Source: an uncultured delta proteobacterium
GTDB lineage: Bacteria > Desulfobacterota > Binatia > DP-6
Assembly: GCA_963815115.1 (NCBI GenBank)
Contig: CAWFFN010000005.1
Span: forward strand, 1,600,001-1,664,000
Direction: 5' to 3'
DNA: 64,000 bases
The translations under genes and the position numbers were made by a program. The notes below the pieces were generated by a model that was not told the origin of the DNA, did no database searches, and saw only the letters and a list, made by a program, of their open reading frames with translations. The number at the start of each line of letters is the position of its first letter. Within the stretch, counting starts at the first letter, position 1. Positions 9,208-19,699 of this stretch are shown one piece after another.

Positions 9208-10368
9208 CTAGGGCGCCGCCGCGCCTCCGCGCCGCGCCGCGGTCACCTCGGGATTCTCCGCGGCCAGGACCTTCCGCAGGAAGCAGTGCGCGGCGCGTGA
9301 CTTCTGGAGCTGCTCCTGGAAGAACGCCGTCCCGGCGGCCTGGGTGAGGTCATGCTGCCGGCTCGCGGGCATCGGGGGATTGGAGGGCACGGGACCCTTG
9401 CACGGCAGGTCGCAGCCGCTCGTGTCCGTTCCGGCGGCGGCGGGGCCGAACGCCGCGATGAGGTCGTCGACCTGCTGCTGGGTGATGCTGGCGACGAAGG
9501 CACAGCCGAGCGCGGCGTCGTAGCTGACGGTCGAGTCGACGGAGACGAGCCCGGAGAAGGCCGTGTGCGTCGCATGCGCGAGCGTGATCAGCGTGCGCGG
9601 CATACGGGCGCGCATGAAGTTGCGTCCAGCGTTCTGGTCGATGGGGGTGATGAGATCCTGGTCGCCGTCGATCAGGAGGAGCGGCGGCTTCGGCGCGAGC
9701 GTCTTGCGCTTCAGCTCGCAGGACGCCGGCGCCATCGCGAATACCGCCCGGATGCGGCGATCCCGGAGCACGGGGTTGTACGAGACGAGCAGCGTCGTGA
9801 GGCCGCCGAGCGACAGGCCCTGCGCGCCGATGCGCTCGTGGTCGATGCCGCCGGCGAGCCAGCCGCCGCCGTCGGAGAGCGCCAGCATCTGGTCGATCAC
9901 GAAGCGAACGTCGGCCGGCTGATTGGCGGCGTCGACGAGGTCGGGGCCGCCCGGCGTCGTGAGGTTGGTGAGCGGGAAGGTCGGCGCCGCCACCACGAAG
10001 CCGCGTCGCGCGAGCGCGATCGCAAGGTAGGCCTCGCCGACGTTCAGCTCGCCGTACCCGTGGCTGCTGGCGACGAAGGGAAACGGGCCGCCGCTGGCGA
10101 GCGGGGCGTCGGGGACCGGCGCGGCGCCCGCCGGGCCCTCGGCCGGATACCACACCTGCGTGGGAAGGGTGCGCGAGGGCAGGGCGGGCAAGCCCGCGTG
10201 CGCCGGCGTTTCACGGCTCGAGTCGGCGAAGGTCAGCGAGCGGACGCCGACCGCGTGGGGACCCGGCGCGAGGAAGGCGGCGGTGGTGGCGTCCGCAGGA
10301 CACCCGGCGAACGCGGAGAGCGACGAGACGAGACCGACGGCGAGGAAGACGGCGAGGAGACGGATCAT
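9208..10368 (-). CDS. Secreted alpha/beta hydrolase (dienelactone hydrolase/PAF-acetylhydrolase-like)
   Basis: Signal peptide, RTLPTQVWYP, SHG, nucleophile GLSLGG, GDQDLITP and ATHTAF. Confidence 0.85.
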   Translation of the reverse strand: MIRLLAVFLAVGLVSSLSAFAGCPADATTAAFLAPGPHAVGVRSLTFADSSRETPAHAGLPALPSRTLPTQVWYPAEGPAGAAPVPDAPLASGGPFPFVASSHGYGELNVGEAYLAIALARRGFVVAAPTFPLTNLTTPGGPDLVDAANQPADVRFVIDQMLALSDGGGWLAGGIDHERIGAQGLSLGGLTTLLVSYNPVLRDRRIRAVFAMAPASCELKRKTLAPKPPLLLIDGDQDLITPIDQNAGRNFMRARMPRTLITLAHATHTAFSGLVSVDSTVSYDAALGCAFVASITQQQVDDLIAAFGPAAAGTDTSGCDLPCKGPVPSNPPMPASRQHDLTQAAGTAFFQEQLQKSRAAHCFLRKVLAAENPEVTAARRGGAAAP

Positions 10369-10427
10369 GGTACGGAAGTTCTGACCCGACATCGGGTCCG
10401 GGTGCAAGAATCACGGGCCAAGGAGGT

Positions 10428-12089
10428 TCAATCGAGCCGTGCGGCGTTCCCTGCCCGTGCGAACTGCTCGCGCAGCGCCGCCAGGTCGTGCGCGGTGAAG
10501 GGTCGGTAGTGCGCAGCGCCCCGAGGACGCCACCAGAGGGCATCGGCGGCGGCGCTGCGGACGAAGCCGTCCCGTTGCAGCGCGCGCTTCTGCACCTTGT
10601 TGGTCTCGGAGCGCGTGAGCTCCGGGGTGACACGCACGTAGGTCGGCGTCCACTTGGGTGACAGGTCCGGCTGCAGCGCGAGGAACCCGGCAAACCGCTC
10701 CGGGTCGAATCGCGCGCCGGTGCGCAGCTCGAGCGCGGCCATGACGCGGTCGCCGGCCTCGGCGTCGGGTACGCCGTACACGGCGGCCAGGACGACGTCG
10801 GGATGGCGTTGCAGGATCGCCTCCACCGGCCGCGCCAGGAAGTTCTCGCCGTCGACGCGCAGCCACTCGACGTCGCGCCCGGCAAAGTAGACGTAGCCCT
10901 GCGCGTCGCGATAGCCCAGGTCGCCGGTGTGGAAGCGGCCGCCGCGCGTGCGCGACGCGGTGGCGTCGGGGTTCTTGTAGTAGCCCTCGAAGAGTCCGGT
11001 GCCGGCGGTGTTGACGATCTCGCCGATGGCTTCCTCGGGGTTCGCGAGACGGCCGTGCTCGTCGAAGCGGGCAGCCGGGCGGGGAACACCGGCCTCGTCG
11101 AGGATCTCGACGCCCGGTCCGGCGAGCCCGAGCGCGCCGGGCGGGTCGCCGTCGGTCCGCGTGAAGGAGACGCCGACCTCGCTCGCGCCGTAGCCGTCGA
11201 CCACGCGACAGCCGAAGCGGCGTGCGAAGCCGTCCAGGTACTGTCGTGGGGCCTCGTTGCCGTAAGCGAGTCGCAGCGGGTTGTCGGCGTCGTCGGGGCG
11301 TTCCGGCGTCGCCATGATGTAGGCGAACGGACTGCCGACGTAGGGGAAGAGCGTGCAACCGTCTCGCCGCACCTCGGGAAGGAAGCCCGATGCCGAGAAG
11401 CGCCGCCCGAGCACCAGCTGGCAGCCCGCCGCGAGCGCCACGCCGAGTCCCAGAATCTGCGCGTTGGCATGGAAGAGCGGCATCACGCAGTAGACGACGT
11501 CGTCGGCCGTCGCCTGGCACATGGTGAAGACGGCGCCGTGCGCCATGAGCGCGAGCTTCCCGTGGCTCCGTTGCACCGCCTTGGGACCGGCCGTGGTGCC
11601 CGACGTGAAGACGAGCAGCGCGAGGCCATCGGGATCGGCCGGCGCGCCGGGGTCGTCGGCGGGCTGCGTCGCGAGCGCCCCGGCGAGCGACGCCTCCGCG
11701 ACCAGCACGTCCGTGGTCGTCCCGGGCACCGCCAGCGCGTCGGTGAGCTGCGCGGCGAAGCGGGCCTCGGTGATCACGAGCTGGCAGTCCGCATGCGTGA
11801 TGTCGCGCGCGAGCGGCTCGCCGCGGCGGGTGGGATTGAGGCCCACGATGACTGCCCCGCACAGGCCCGCTGCCAGCTCGGCGAAGACGAACTCGGGGCG
11901 GTTCTCGAGCAGCAGCCCGACGTGGAACGGACGCGTCGGGTCGCGGCGGGCCAGGAAGAGCCGGGCGTAGCGTGCCGCCTCGGCGAGGGTCTCCGCGAAC
12001 GTCCACCCCGCTCCCTCGAAGCGGAGGAATGGACGTCCCCCTGCCGCCGGATCGCTGGCGTGCCCGCGCAGCAGGTCGGCGTACGACAT
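10428..12089 (-). CDS. Acyl-CoA synthetase / AMP-binding enzyme (FadD1/FadD17-like)
   Basis: FTSGTTAGPKA, GYGASE, FHTGDLG, YFAGR..WLRVDGEN and SETNKVQK. Confidence 0.92.
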   Translation of the reverse strand: MSYADLLRGHASDPAAGGRPFLRFEGAGWTFAETLAEAARYARLFLARRDPTRPFHVGLLLENRPEFVFAELAAGLCGAVIVGLNPTRRGEPLARDITHADCQLVITEARFAAQLTDALAVPGTTTDVLVAEASLAGALATQPADDPGAPADPDGLALLVFTSGTTAGPKAVQRSHGKLALMAHGAVFTMCQATADDVVYCVMPLFHANAQILGLGVALAAGCQLVLGRRFSASGFLPEVRRDGCTLFPYVGSPFAYIMATPERPDDADNPLRLAYGNEAPRQYLDGFARRFGCRVVDGYGASEVGVSFTRTDGDPPGALGLAGPGVEILDEAGVPRPAARFDEHGRLANPEEAIGEIVNTAGTGLFEGYYKNPDATASRTRGGRFHTGDLGYRDAQGYVYFAGRDVEWLRVDGENFLARPVEAILQRHPDVVLAAVYGVPDAEAGDRVMAALELRTGARFDPERFAGFLALQPDLSPKWTPTYVRVTPELTRSETNKVQKRALQRDGFVRSAAADALWWRPRGAAHYRPFTAHDLAALREQFARAGNAARLD

Positions 12090-12179
12090 CGCGCAGCGTT
12101 CTGAGCACGCCGGCGGCGAAGGTCGCAAGTCGCGCGGCACGTTCCGGCGCCGGCCGCCGTCGTGATACGGCTCTCCGCG

Positions 12180-12905
12180 ATGCTCTATCTGGGAGCCATC
12201 CTCGCAGGGATGGCCGGCGCCGTGGCCGGGTGGCTCGTCACCGGTGCGCTGGCGGGGTGGATCGCCGGTCTCTACGGGATGAGCGACTTCGAGGGCGCCC
12301 GGGGCATGTTCGCCTTCCTGTTCGTCGGACCGATCGGCGGACTGCTCTTCATGATCCTCGCGGTCTGGGGCGTCCTGCGCGTCGGACAGGGGAGGGCGCG
12401 GCTCGGCCCGACGCTCGGCCGCCTCGGGCTCGTCGTCGCCGCCATCGCGGCCCTCGTGGGCGCGGGGATCGGGCTACGCCTCCTCACCATCGATACCTAC
12501 TCCAACGAAGCGCCACCCACGCTGGAGTTCGAGATCCGGGTGCCGGCGAGCATGCATCTGCCCGGGCGCTCGGCGGTGCGCGTCGAGCTGCACACCGACA
12601 AGAACGTCGGTGACAGCTACTTCTCCGACCCGTGGCTGCGGACCGCGGGCGAGCACCAGGTGATCGCGGGCGGCGTGCCGCTCACGCTGAAGACCTCCTC
12701 ACGGTTGCTCGTGGTGTCCCTGCCGGACCAGCCGACGCGGCTCTTCAAGCTCGCGTTGTCCCGGAATCCGGGCTCGACGCCCGCGTTCGGGGAGTGGCAC
12801 GGGCCGGACTTCGTCGACGCCCCGGGATCCGATCGGCCGCGCGCGGCACCCGCGGACGACCCGGTGCAGCTTCGCCATCGCGTCCTTCGAGCCGGCGAGG
12901 ACTGA
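12180..12905 (+). CDS. Hypothetical membrane protein (3 N-terminal TM helices plus a soluble beta domain)
   Basis: Three hydrophobic segments followed by a polar C-terminal domain; typical codon usage. Confidence 0.7.
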   Translation: MLYLGAILAGMAGAVAGWLVTGALAGWIAGLYGMSDFEGARGMFAFLFVGPIGGLLFMILAVWGVLRVGQGRARLGPTLGRLGLVVAAIAALVGAGIGLRLLTIDTYSNEAPPTLEFEIRVPASMHLPGRSAVRVELHTDKNVGDSYFSDPWLRTAGEHQVIAGGVPLTLKTSSRLLVVSLPDQPTRLFKLALSRNPGSTPAFGEWHGPDFVDAPGSDRPRAAPADDPVQLRHRVLRAGED

Positions 12906-12917
12906 GCGAATCGGTCG

Positions 12918-15900
12918 CTAGCCGTCCGACCCGAACTCGACGTCCCACTGGACGGGCGTCGCCGGTGCGTAGACGCAGATCGTTCCCATGCGGACCGCGT
13001 CGCGGAGATGCCGGCCGAGGGCGGGGTGGACGTCGAGCAGCTTGCCGATCTGCGTGCGGAGCACCTTCGTCACGGCCTTCCGTGCCGTCTCCGCCGGACC
13101 ATGGTGCGCGGGCCGCGCACCGAAGCGCCGCGCGAGCTGGGCCGTCAGCTGGTCCGCCTCGACACGCAGCCGCTCGGCGCGCCCGATGTCGGCGAACCGC
13201 TCGGCCTCCTCGAGCTCGGCTCGCAGGTCGGCGAGCCGCGCGCGGTACTCGCGGCGGGCTCGGTGATCGGCGCCGTCATCCAGCGCGCCTCCCCGTGTCC
13301 CGATCGAGAGTCCGTGCGCCGTGGCCGTCGGGGTGGGCGGCGCCGCCATCGCGACGAACTCCAGCACGTGCAGCTCGCGCTCGGGCGCGGCGAGCAGTGT
13401 CGCCAGGTAGCGCGGGCCCTTGCCGTCCTTCAGCTGGAGGTCCCGGCCGTCGTAGCGCACCGTCCAGACGTCTCCGTCGCGGCGGAACGCGTTGGTGGAG
13501 TGGTGGTCGTGCCGTTCGACGAGCGCTCCCTGCAGCCGCTCGACCCGGGTCGTGACGTCGACCAGCCCCAGCTCCTGGGCGCACTGCGCCGCCTCCGCGA
13601 GCATCGCCGCGATCCGCTCGCGTTCGTCCGCCTGCGGGTGCAACGAGAGACGCACGCCGGCGAGCAGGCTCTGTGCCCGGGCCACGATCGGCCGCGCGGC
13701 CATGCGCCGGCCGACCCGGATCGCGGCCTCGAAATGTCGGACCGCGTCCTCCGGCCGATCGCACAGCCGGCCGAGCTCGCCGAGGACCAGGGCCCACGGC
13801 CCCAGGGTCTGGCACCCGTCGACGCTCCACACGTCGTTTCGCTGGACGACGCGTTCGTAGAGCATCGGCGCGTGCTCGCGATCGCGCAGCGCGATGCACA
13901 GCGCGGCGAGGCCCGCGAGGTAGCACCGTGCCATCACGCCGTGCTCGGCGGGGGCGAGCCCACTCGCCAGGAGGCCGTGAAACTCGGCGCGGGCGGCGAC
14001 GGTATCGCCTTGCGCCAGCCGGGCGAGCGCCCGGAATGGCCGCCATCCGGGGCCGCCCGGGTGCGAGTCGACGAAGGCTTCGATCTCGGGTGCGATCTCC
14101 GCCAGCCGGCCCTGGAACGCATGCCACATGATGCGCTGGCCCGCATACACGCCGGCGGTGTTGGGGAGATGCATGCGGCTTCCGGTGGCGAGGGCACGTT
14201 CCATCGATTCCCGCGCGTCGCCGAACCGCCCCTGCACCGTGGCGCGGAGCGCCGCGAGCGCGTCCGCCAGCCAGAGCGCCTCGGGAACGCGCGACGCGGC
14301 CCCGGCGGTGGCCAGGCCGTCGACCTCGCTCGAGAAGGCCTCGGGCTCGCCGATCGCGAGGAGGATCATGACCCGCATGTACCGGATCGCGGCGGCGCAC
14401 TCGTGCTCGCCGGCCGCCTCCGCGATCTCGAGGATCTCCTGGGAGCTGGGCACGGTGCCACCCGCATCGGCCGGGCACATGCCCATTGCCGCGGCGTAGT
14501 AGATCCCCGCGAGGGCGATGGAGAGCGGGCCGTTGGCGCCCGCGCGTCGCGCCGCGGCCGCCGCATCCTCGCACAGGGCCAGGACGCGCGCGCCCTGGGC
14601 GAGCTCGTTGGCCGCGATGAGATCGCCGGCGAGGCGGGCGTGGAGTCGCGCCCTGAGCGCATCGTCGAGCGCCAGGCTCGCCCGGCTGGCTTCCTCGAGA
14701 ACCGCCCGCACGGCGGGCTCGACCCGCCCCCATTCCGGGATCGGTCCGGCATGGATCAACGCCGCTCGCGCGAGCACTTCGGAATCGGCCGTCCGGCGAG
14801 CTGCCGCCATGATCTCGTCGCAGCGCGCGCGCGCTGCGGGAATCTGGCCCGCGCCGCGCAACGCGCGCGCCAGAGCCAGTCGCAGCTCGATCGCGCGGCT
14901 CGAGTCGAGCAGACCCGAGCGCGCGCCCACGTCGAGCGCGATCTCGTAGAGCCGCACGGCTTCCTCCCAGCCCAGTCCGCGCTCGGCTTGCTCGCCGCCC
15001 TGGCAGGCATGGTCGAACGCCCTGCGCAGCGCCTCGGGGGTGCCGGCGGAGGCGAGGTGCCGGACGAGCTCCGTCGTCACCACGTCCGAGGCCGTTGCGC
15101 GTCGTTCGAGCACGGCGGCGATGCGAGCGTGCCAGATGCTGCGCGTCGAGGGCGGGAGCTCGTCGACCAGGACCCGTCGGATGAGGGCGTGCGCGAACCC
15201 GTACTGTCCTGCCCGCCCCTCCTCTGCGACCAGGATCCGGTCGCGCACGGCGCGCTCGAGGTGGTCGGCCAGGGGTGCGTCGCCGAGAACGTCGGCCAGC
15301 ATTCCCGCATCGACGGTGTCACCGAGGAGCGCCGCGACGGCGAGCGGGGTGCGACACTCGTTGCCGAGCCGGTCCAGCCGGCGTGCGATCACCTCGTGCA
15401 CACCGTGCGGGACGCGTTGCGTATCCCAGCCCGTTCCCGGATCGGTCTCGGCTGCCAGGAGGCGGACGATCTCGCCCACGAAGAATGGATTGCCGTTCGT
15501 CTCGCGGTGGAGCGCTTCTCCGAGCGCCCTGGCGTCGCCGCGTGCCTCCGCCAGGGCGATCCAGCGCGCGCAGTGAGCGGCCGATAGCCCGCCGAGCATG
15601 ATCCTGCGGGTCGCGGGCTCGCGTGCCAGCCGCGACAGCGTGGCAAAGGACGGATGGCCCCGTTGCAGCTCGGTATCGCGGTAGGTGGCGACCACGAGGA
15701 GAGGCATGTCGCTCAGGTCGGTCGCGATGAACTCGAGCAGCTTGAGCGAGGGGCGGTCCACCCAGTGGATGTCGTCCAGCACGACCACCAGGCCTGCCGG
15801 CCTGGCGACGGCGCCGAGAAAGCGGCTCGCGATGTCGAACAGACGAAAGCGCGCGCCGTCCAGATCCCAGCTCTCACGCGGCGGGAGATCGGGCGTGCGA

Positions 15901-16493
15901 TCGCGCAGGACCGGGAAGACGTGAGCCAGGTCGTCCCGCCAGGGACCGGCAGCGGCTGCGACGACCTCGTCGCCGACCCGGTTCATCCAGCGCCGGAGCG
16001 CCGAGTTCCACGTCCAGAAGGCCGGCGCCGAGCCGTCCTCCCAGCCACGTCCCCACCACACCGGCACGTCGCGCGACATGGCCTCGTCGGCCAGCGCACT
16101 CGCCAGGCAGGTCTTGCCGATCCCCGGCTCTCCGCCGAGCAGCACGACGCACCCGCTTCCGTCGAGGGCAGCGTCGAGGGCGGCACGCAGCTCCGCGAGC
16201 TCGTGATCCCGGCCGATGAGCGGGACGGTCGGGCCGAGCGTTCGAGGGCAGCTCGGCGGCTCGCACTGTCCGGCCACCTCGGTCGCCGGGCCCCTCCCCG
16301 GCACCAGCGCGCCGTTTTCCGCGGCCACCTGCCGCAGCTGGAGCGCCCGGTCGTGTGGCAGGGGTCGGAGCAGCCGAATCCGCGCGGCACCGTCGCCGCG
16401 ATCCGTGTTCCCGGCGAGCGAGCCGGCGTCGTCGCCGGTGTCGTCCGGGCCGGGTTGGTCGCAACGCTCCGCGATCTCGATGGTTTGTCGCAA
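12918..16493 (-). CDS. STAND-class AAA ATPase with TPR-like repeats and a C-terminal putative DNA-binding/coiled domain (transcriptional regulator)
   Basis: LIGRDHEL, Walker A GEPGIGKT, Walker B VVVLDDIHW, GNPFFV and helical repeats. C-terminus 'FRRDGDVWTV..KDGKGPRYLATLL..ARREYRARL..ARKAVT..HL'. Exact start is uncertain. Confidence 0.85.
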   Translation of the reverse strand: MRQTIEIAERCDQPGPDDTGDDAGSLAGNTDRGDGAARIRLLRPLPHDRALQLRQVAAENGALVPGRGPATEVAGQCEPPSCPRTLGPTVPLIGRDHELAELRAALDAALDGSGCVVLLGGEPGIGKTCLASALADEAMSRDVPVWWGRGWEDGSAPAFWTWNSALRRWMNRVGDEVVAAAAGPWRDDLAHVFPVLRDRTPDLPPRESWDLDGARFRLFDIASRFLGAVARPAGLVVVLDDIHWVDRPSLKLLEFIATDLSDMPLLVVATYRDTELQRGHPSFATLSRLAREPATRRIMLGGLSAAHCARWIALAEARGDARALGEALHRETNGNPFFVGEIVRLLAAETDPGTGWDTQRVPHGVHEVIARRLDRLGNECRTPLAVAALLGDTVDAGMLADVLGDAPLADHLERAVRDRILVAEEGRAGQYGFAHALIRRVLVDELPPSTRSIWHARIAAVLERRATASDVVTTELVRHLASAGTPEALRRAFDHACQGGEQAERGLGWEEAVRLYEIALDVGARSGLLDSSRAIELRLALARALRGAGQIPAARARCDEIMAAARRTADSEVLARAALIHAGPIPEWGRVEPAVRAVLEEASRASLALDDALRARLHARLAGDLIAANELAQGARVLALCEDAAAAARRAGANGPLSIALAGIYYAAAMGMCPADAGGTVPSSQEILEIAEAAGEHECAAAIRYMRVMILLAIGEPEAFSSEVDGLATAGAASRVPEALWLADALAALRATVQGRFGDARESMERALATGSRMHLPNTAGVYAGQRIMWHAFQGRLAEIAPEIEAFVDSHPGGPGWRPFRALARLAQGDTVAARAEFHGLLASGLAPAEHGVMARCYLAGLAALCIALRDREHAPMLYERVVQRNDVWSVDGCQTLGPWALVLGELGRLCDRPEDAVRHFEAAIRVGRRMAARPIVARAQSLLAGVRLSLHPQADERERIAAMLAEAAQCAQELGLVDVTTRVERLQGALVERHDHHSTNAFRRDGDVWTVRYDGRDLQLKDGKGPRYLATLLAAPERELHVLEFVAMAAPPTPTATAHGLSIGTRGGALDDGADHRARREYRARLADLRAELEEAERFADIGRAERLRVEADQLTAQLARRFGARPAHHGPAETARKAVTKVLRTQIGKLLDVHPALGRHLRDAVRMGTICVYAPATPVQWDVEFGSDG

Positions 16494-16626
16494 TCACACC
16501 TCGGGAGTCGCTCGCGTTCCGTCCGCGCCGGCGACTGCTGAGAGGACGAGCTGATGGCCCGACTCTATTGCAGCTTGGTGGGACGATGCCCGCCGCCGGC
16601 GACGCGGGCCCGAGCGCCCGGCGCCG

Positions 16627-17286
16627 TCAGGCGCTCACGGCGCCGGTGCCCGTGCGGAAGGGCTGATGGCCGTAGCGGTCGAGGTGGACGACGTCGCCCA
16701 CCGGCCGGCGCGTGGTCGGCCCGTAGCGGCCGCGCGGCCAGCCGAGCGGTACCACCGCGCACGGCGTGACGGTCCAGGGCAGTCCGAGCGCGCGGCGTGC
16801 GAGCCAGGTGCTCCAGAGCGGCAGGGTGATGAGCGCGGCGCCGAGCCCGGCGGCACGCGCGGCCAGCAGCAGGTTCTGGATGGACGGATAGATCGAGCCA
16901 TACAGGCTCGACACCGCGACCCGGGGCCACGGCGGAATGAAGCCCCGCAGGCACGGAATCACGAGTACCGGGATCTCGGCGAAATGGTCCGCCTGCCACT
17001 GCACCGCGTTCATGATGCGGAGCATGGTGGGGTCGCTGCGGTAGAGGCGGCGGCCAATCCCGCCGTACACGCTCCACGCCCGGCGGTTGAGCGCGCCGAG
17101 ACGTTCCTTCACCGCGCGGTCGCGCACCACCACGAACTCCCAGCTCTGCGCGTTGCTTCCGGTCGGCGCTTTGAGGGCGAGCTCGATCAGGTGGAGCACG
17201 AGGTCGTCGTCCACCGGGTCGGGCTTCAGCCGGCGGATCGCGCGCTGGCTCCGCATCGCTTCCTCGAGAGACATCGAGAGCTCCAT
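16627..17286 (-). CDS. Nitroreductase family protein
   Basis: AMRSQRAIRR, APTGSNAQSWEFVVV, SIYPSIQNLLLAARAAGLG and VPLGWP. Confidence 0.92.
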   Translation of the reverse strand: MELSMSLEEAMRSQRAIRRLKPDPVDDDLVLHLIELALKAPTGSNAQSWEFVVVRDRAVKERLGALNRRAWSVYGGIGRRLYRSDPTMLRIMNAVQWQADHFAEIPVLVIPCLRGFIPPWPRVAVSSLYGSIYPSIQNLLLAARAAGLGAALITLPLWSTWLARRALGLPWTVTPCAVVPLGWPRGRYGPTTRRPVGDVVHLDRYGHQPFRTGTGAVSA

Positions 17287-17439
17287 GTCGACGCGATAGA
17301 GCACGTCGAGCCAGGCGATGGCCAGCCCCGGCCGTCCGCGTCGAGCCGGCGTGCTCGGCAGCGACTGGATTCGCGCCCCCGATCACGGCATTGCATGAGC
17401 GCGGGGCCCCAGTGCCGTTCTCGAGGTCGGAAGGTGGCG

Positions 17440-18203
17440 TGCGTGCCAGCCGGATCGCGCTCGCGGTCGCGATCGTGGCCGTGGTGGGATGCCATGCGCC
17501 CGTTCGCCGTCATCGGCCTCCCGCTCCTCCTCCGCGAGAGCCGACGATCGCCGATCGGGTAGCACAGTACGGACCGACGGCCAGGGCCCGGCTGGCGCCA
17601 TACTTCGCCGCCGCCGGGGTGCGGTATCCGCCGGCGCGCTTCATGCTGGTGGGCTTCAAGCGGGAGCGCGAGCTGCAGCTGTTCGCGTCCGGCGCCGGGC
17701 AGCGCCTCGCCTTCATCCGCGCCTATCCGATCCACGGGGCGAGCGGGGTGCTCGGGCCGAAGCTGCGCGAGGGCGATCGGCAGGTTCCGGAAGGCATTTA
17801 CGGGATCGTCTATCTCAACCCGAACAGCGTCGCTCACCTGTCGCTCGCCTTGAGCTATCCCAACGACTACGACCGCGCCCGCGCGCAGGAAGACGGCCGG
17901 GACGCCGACGCCCTCGGAGGCGACATCATGATCCACGGCGGCTCGGGCTCGGCGGGGTGCCTCGCGGTGGGCGACGAAGCGTCCGAGGAGCTCTTCGTCC
18001 TGGCGGCCGATGCCGGCTGGAAGGACGCCGTCGTCGTGGTGAGCCCGGTCGACTTCCGCAGGAGAGCGCTCCCGCCCGACTATCGAGCACCGACGGACTG
18101 GGTGAACGACCTCTACGCCTCGCTGCGCGTCGAGCTCCTGGGACTGCCCCTGCCGCCGACCGGCATCTCGCGAGCCGCCTCCGCGGGGCGCAGCCGACGC
18201 TAG
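17440..18203 (+). CDS. L,D-transpeptidase family (YkuD; YafK/DpaA-like) lipoprotein
   Basis: Lipobox AVVGC, GPKLREGDRQVPEGIY, LSYPN and catalytic IMIHGG..SAGCLA. Start at GTG 17440 or ATG 17394. Confidence 0.88.
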
Positions 18204-18280
18204 CCGCGTGCGCCCGTGGGCGCGAGAGCGCCGCGTCGTATGGAATTGCGAAGGCTGCGCGGCTCGCCTAGCGTCGCGCC

Positions 18281-18844
18281 ATGACCACGACACGTGACGT
18301 CGCAGTCCTCGTCGGAAGCCTTCGGCGGGAGTCCTACACCCGCAAGATCGCGCGCGCGCTCGGCGAGGTGGCACCGGCCTCGCTGTCGTTCGACGTCGTC
18401 GAGATCGGCCGGCTTCCGCTCTACAATCAGGACCTGGAGGAAGCCCAGCCGCCGGTGGAGTGGGTAGCGTTCCGGGACCGTGTTCGACGCGCCGACGCGG
18501 TCCTGTTCGCGACGCCCGAGTACAACCGCTCGGTCCCCGGTGCGCTGAAGAACGCGATCGACGTCGGCTCGCGGCCCAACGGACAGAGCGTGTGGCAGGG
18601 AAAGCCGGGCGCGGTGGTGAGCGTCTCGCCGGGCGCGACGGGCGCGTTCGGCGCCAATCACCATCTCCGCCAGTCGTTCGTGTTCCTCGACGTGCGGGTG
18701 ATGCAGTCGCCCGAGGCCTACATCGGCCGCGTGACCGAGCTGCTCGACGAGAGCGGCAAGCTCACCAATCCGAAGACGCGCGCGTTTCTGACCTCGTTCG
18801 CGACGGCGTTCGCGAGCTGGATCGACGTGTACGCCGGCCGCTGA
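18281..18844 (+). CDS. NADPH-dependent FMN reductase (ChrR-like)
   Basis: GSLRRES, TPEYNRSVPGALKNAID and GAFGANHHLRQ. Confidence 0.93.
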   Translation: MTTTRDVAVLVGSLRRESYTRKIARALGEVAPASLSFDVVEIGRLPLYNQDLEEAQPPVEWVAFRDRVRRADAVLFATPEYNRSVPGALKNAIDVGSRPNGQSVWQGKPGAVVSVSPGATGAFGANHHLRQSFVFLDVRVMQSPEAYIGRVTELLDESGKLTNPKTRAFLTSFATAFASWIDVYAGR

Positions 18845-18862
18845 AGGCGCGGCCGGTTTCGC

Positions 18863-19699
18863 TCAGCCGACCTCGAACACCGCGCCTTCGGCGCCCGGCG
18901 TGACGGCGAACGATGGTTGCACGCGGCTCGTGGCCTCGGCCGTCAGGCGATCGATGTCGTCGTCCGAGTGAGCGGGGTCGTGGTGAAACGTCACCAGCCG
19001 TCGAGCGCCTGCCAGGCCGGCGAACGCCAGCGCGTGATCGAGAGCGCTGTGCCCCCACCCGACATGCGAGCGGTACTCGGCGAGGCTGTACTGCGCGTCG
19101 TGGACGAGGAGATCGGCATCCCGCGCCAGCGAATATCCGGAGGTCCAGTCCGGGCGCAGCGGGAACCCCGCCACGCCGAGCGCGGGCTCATGGTCGGAGA
19201 GATATGCCAGCCGTCCCCGCTCGTCCTCGATCCGGTAGCCGACGGTGAGCCCGGGGTGGCAGATCCGGTCCACCAGGACGCGGAACTCGCCGATCTCGAA
19301 CGGTCGATGGGGGAACTCGTGCAGGGCGAGATGCGGCAGGTCGCGCAGGTGGACCGGGAACAGCGGAGGCGACAGGTAGCGCACCAGCCGGTCACGCAGA
19401 TCGTGCGCCGTCCTCGCCGGCCCCCAGAGATGGGTCTCGACCTCGGGATCGAAGAGCGCCGCGAAGAAGCCGAGGCCCTGGATGTGGTCCAGGTGCAGAT
19501 GCGACAGCAGCAGATGCAGGCGCCTCACCGTATCCCCGAGGGCGGCCCCGAGGCGGCGAATTCCCGTGCCGGCATCGAGCACCAGCACGGTGCCGGCGTC
19601 TCCGCGCACCTCGACGCACGCGGTGTTGCCGCCGAAACGCGCGGTCTCCGCGCCGGGCGCCGCCAGCGATCCCCGGGTGCCCCACAGGCGCACCTTCAT
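18863..19699 (-). CDS. MBL-fold metallo-hydrolase (putative cyclic-nucleotide phosphodiesterase type)
   Basis: MKVRLWGTRGS, GGNTACV, LDAGTG, SHLHLDHIQG, DHE, HDAQY, WGHS and FHHDP; ATGA overlap with the upstream PAS gene. Confidence 0.9.
   Translation of the reverse strand: MKVRLWGTRGSLAAPGAETARFGGNTACVEVRGDAGTVLVLDAGTGIRRLGAALGDTVRRLHLLLSHLHLDHIQGLGFFAALFDPEVETHLWGPARTAHDLRDRLVRYLSPPLFPVHLRDLPHLALHEFPHRPFEIGEFRVLVDRICHPGLTVGYRIEDERGRLAYLSDHEPALGVAGFPLRPDWTSGYSLARDADLLVHDAQYSLAEYRSHVGWGHSALDHALAFAGLAGARRLVTFHHDPAHSDDDIDRLTAEATSRVQPSFAVTPGAEGAVFEVG

Noticed and set aside
16555-16572. Sigma54-like TGGC...TTGC motif near the STAND regulator start
   Set aside because: GG-GC spacing is 12 rather than 10, and it faces the wrong way for the minus-strand gene.
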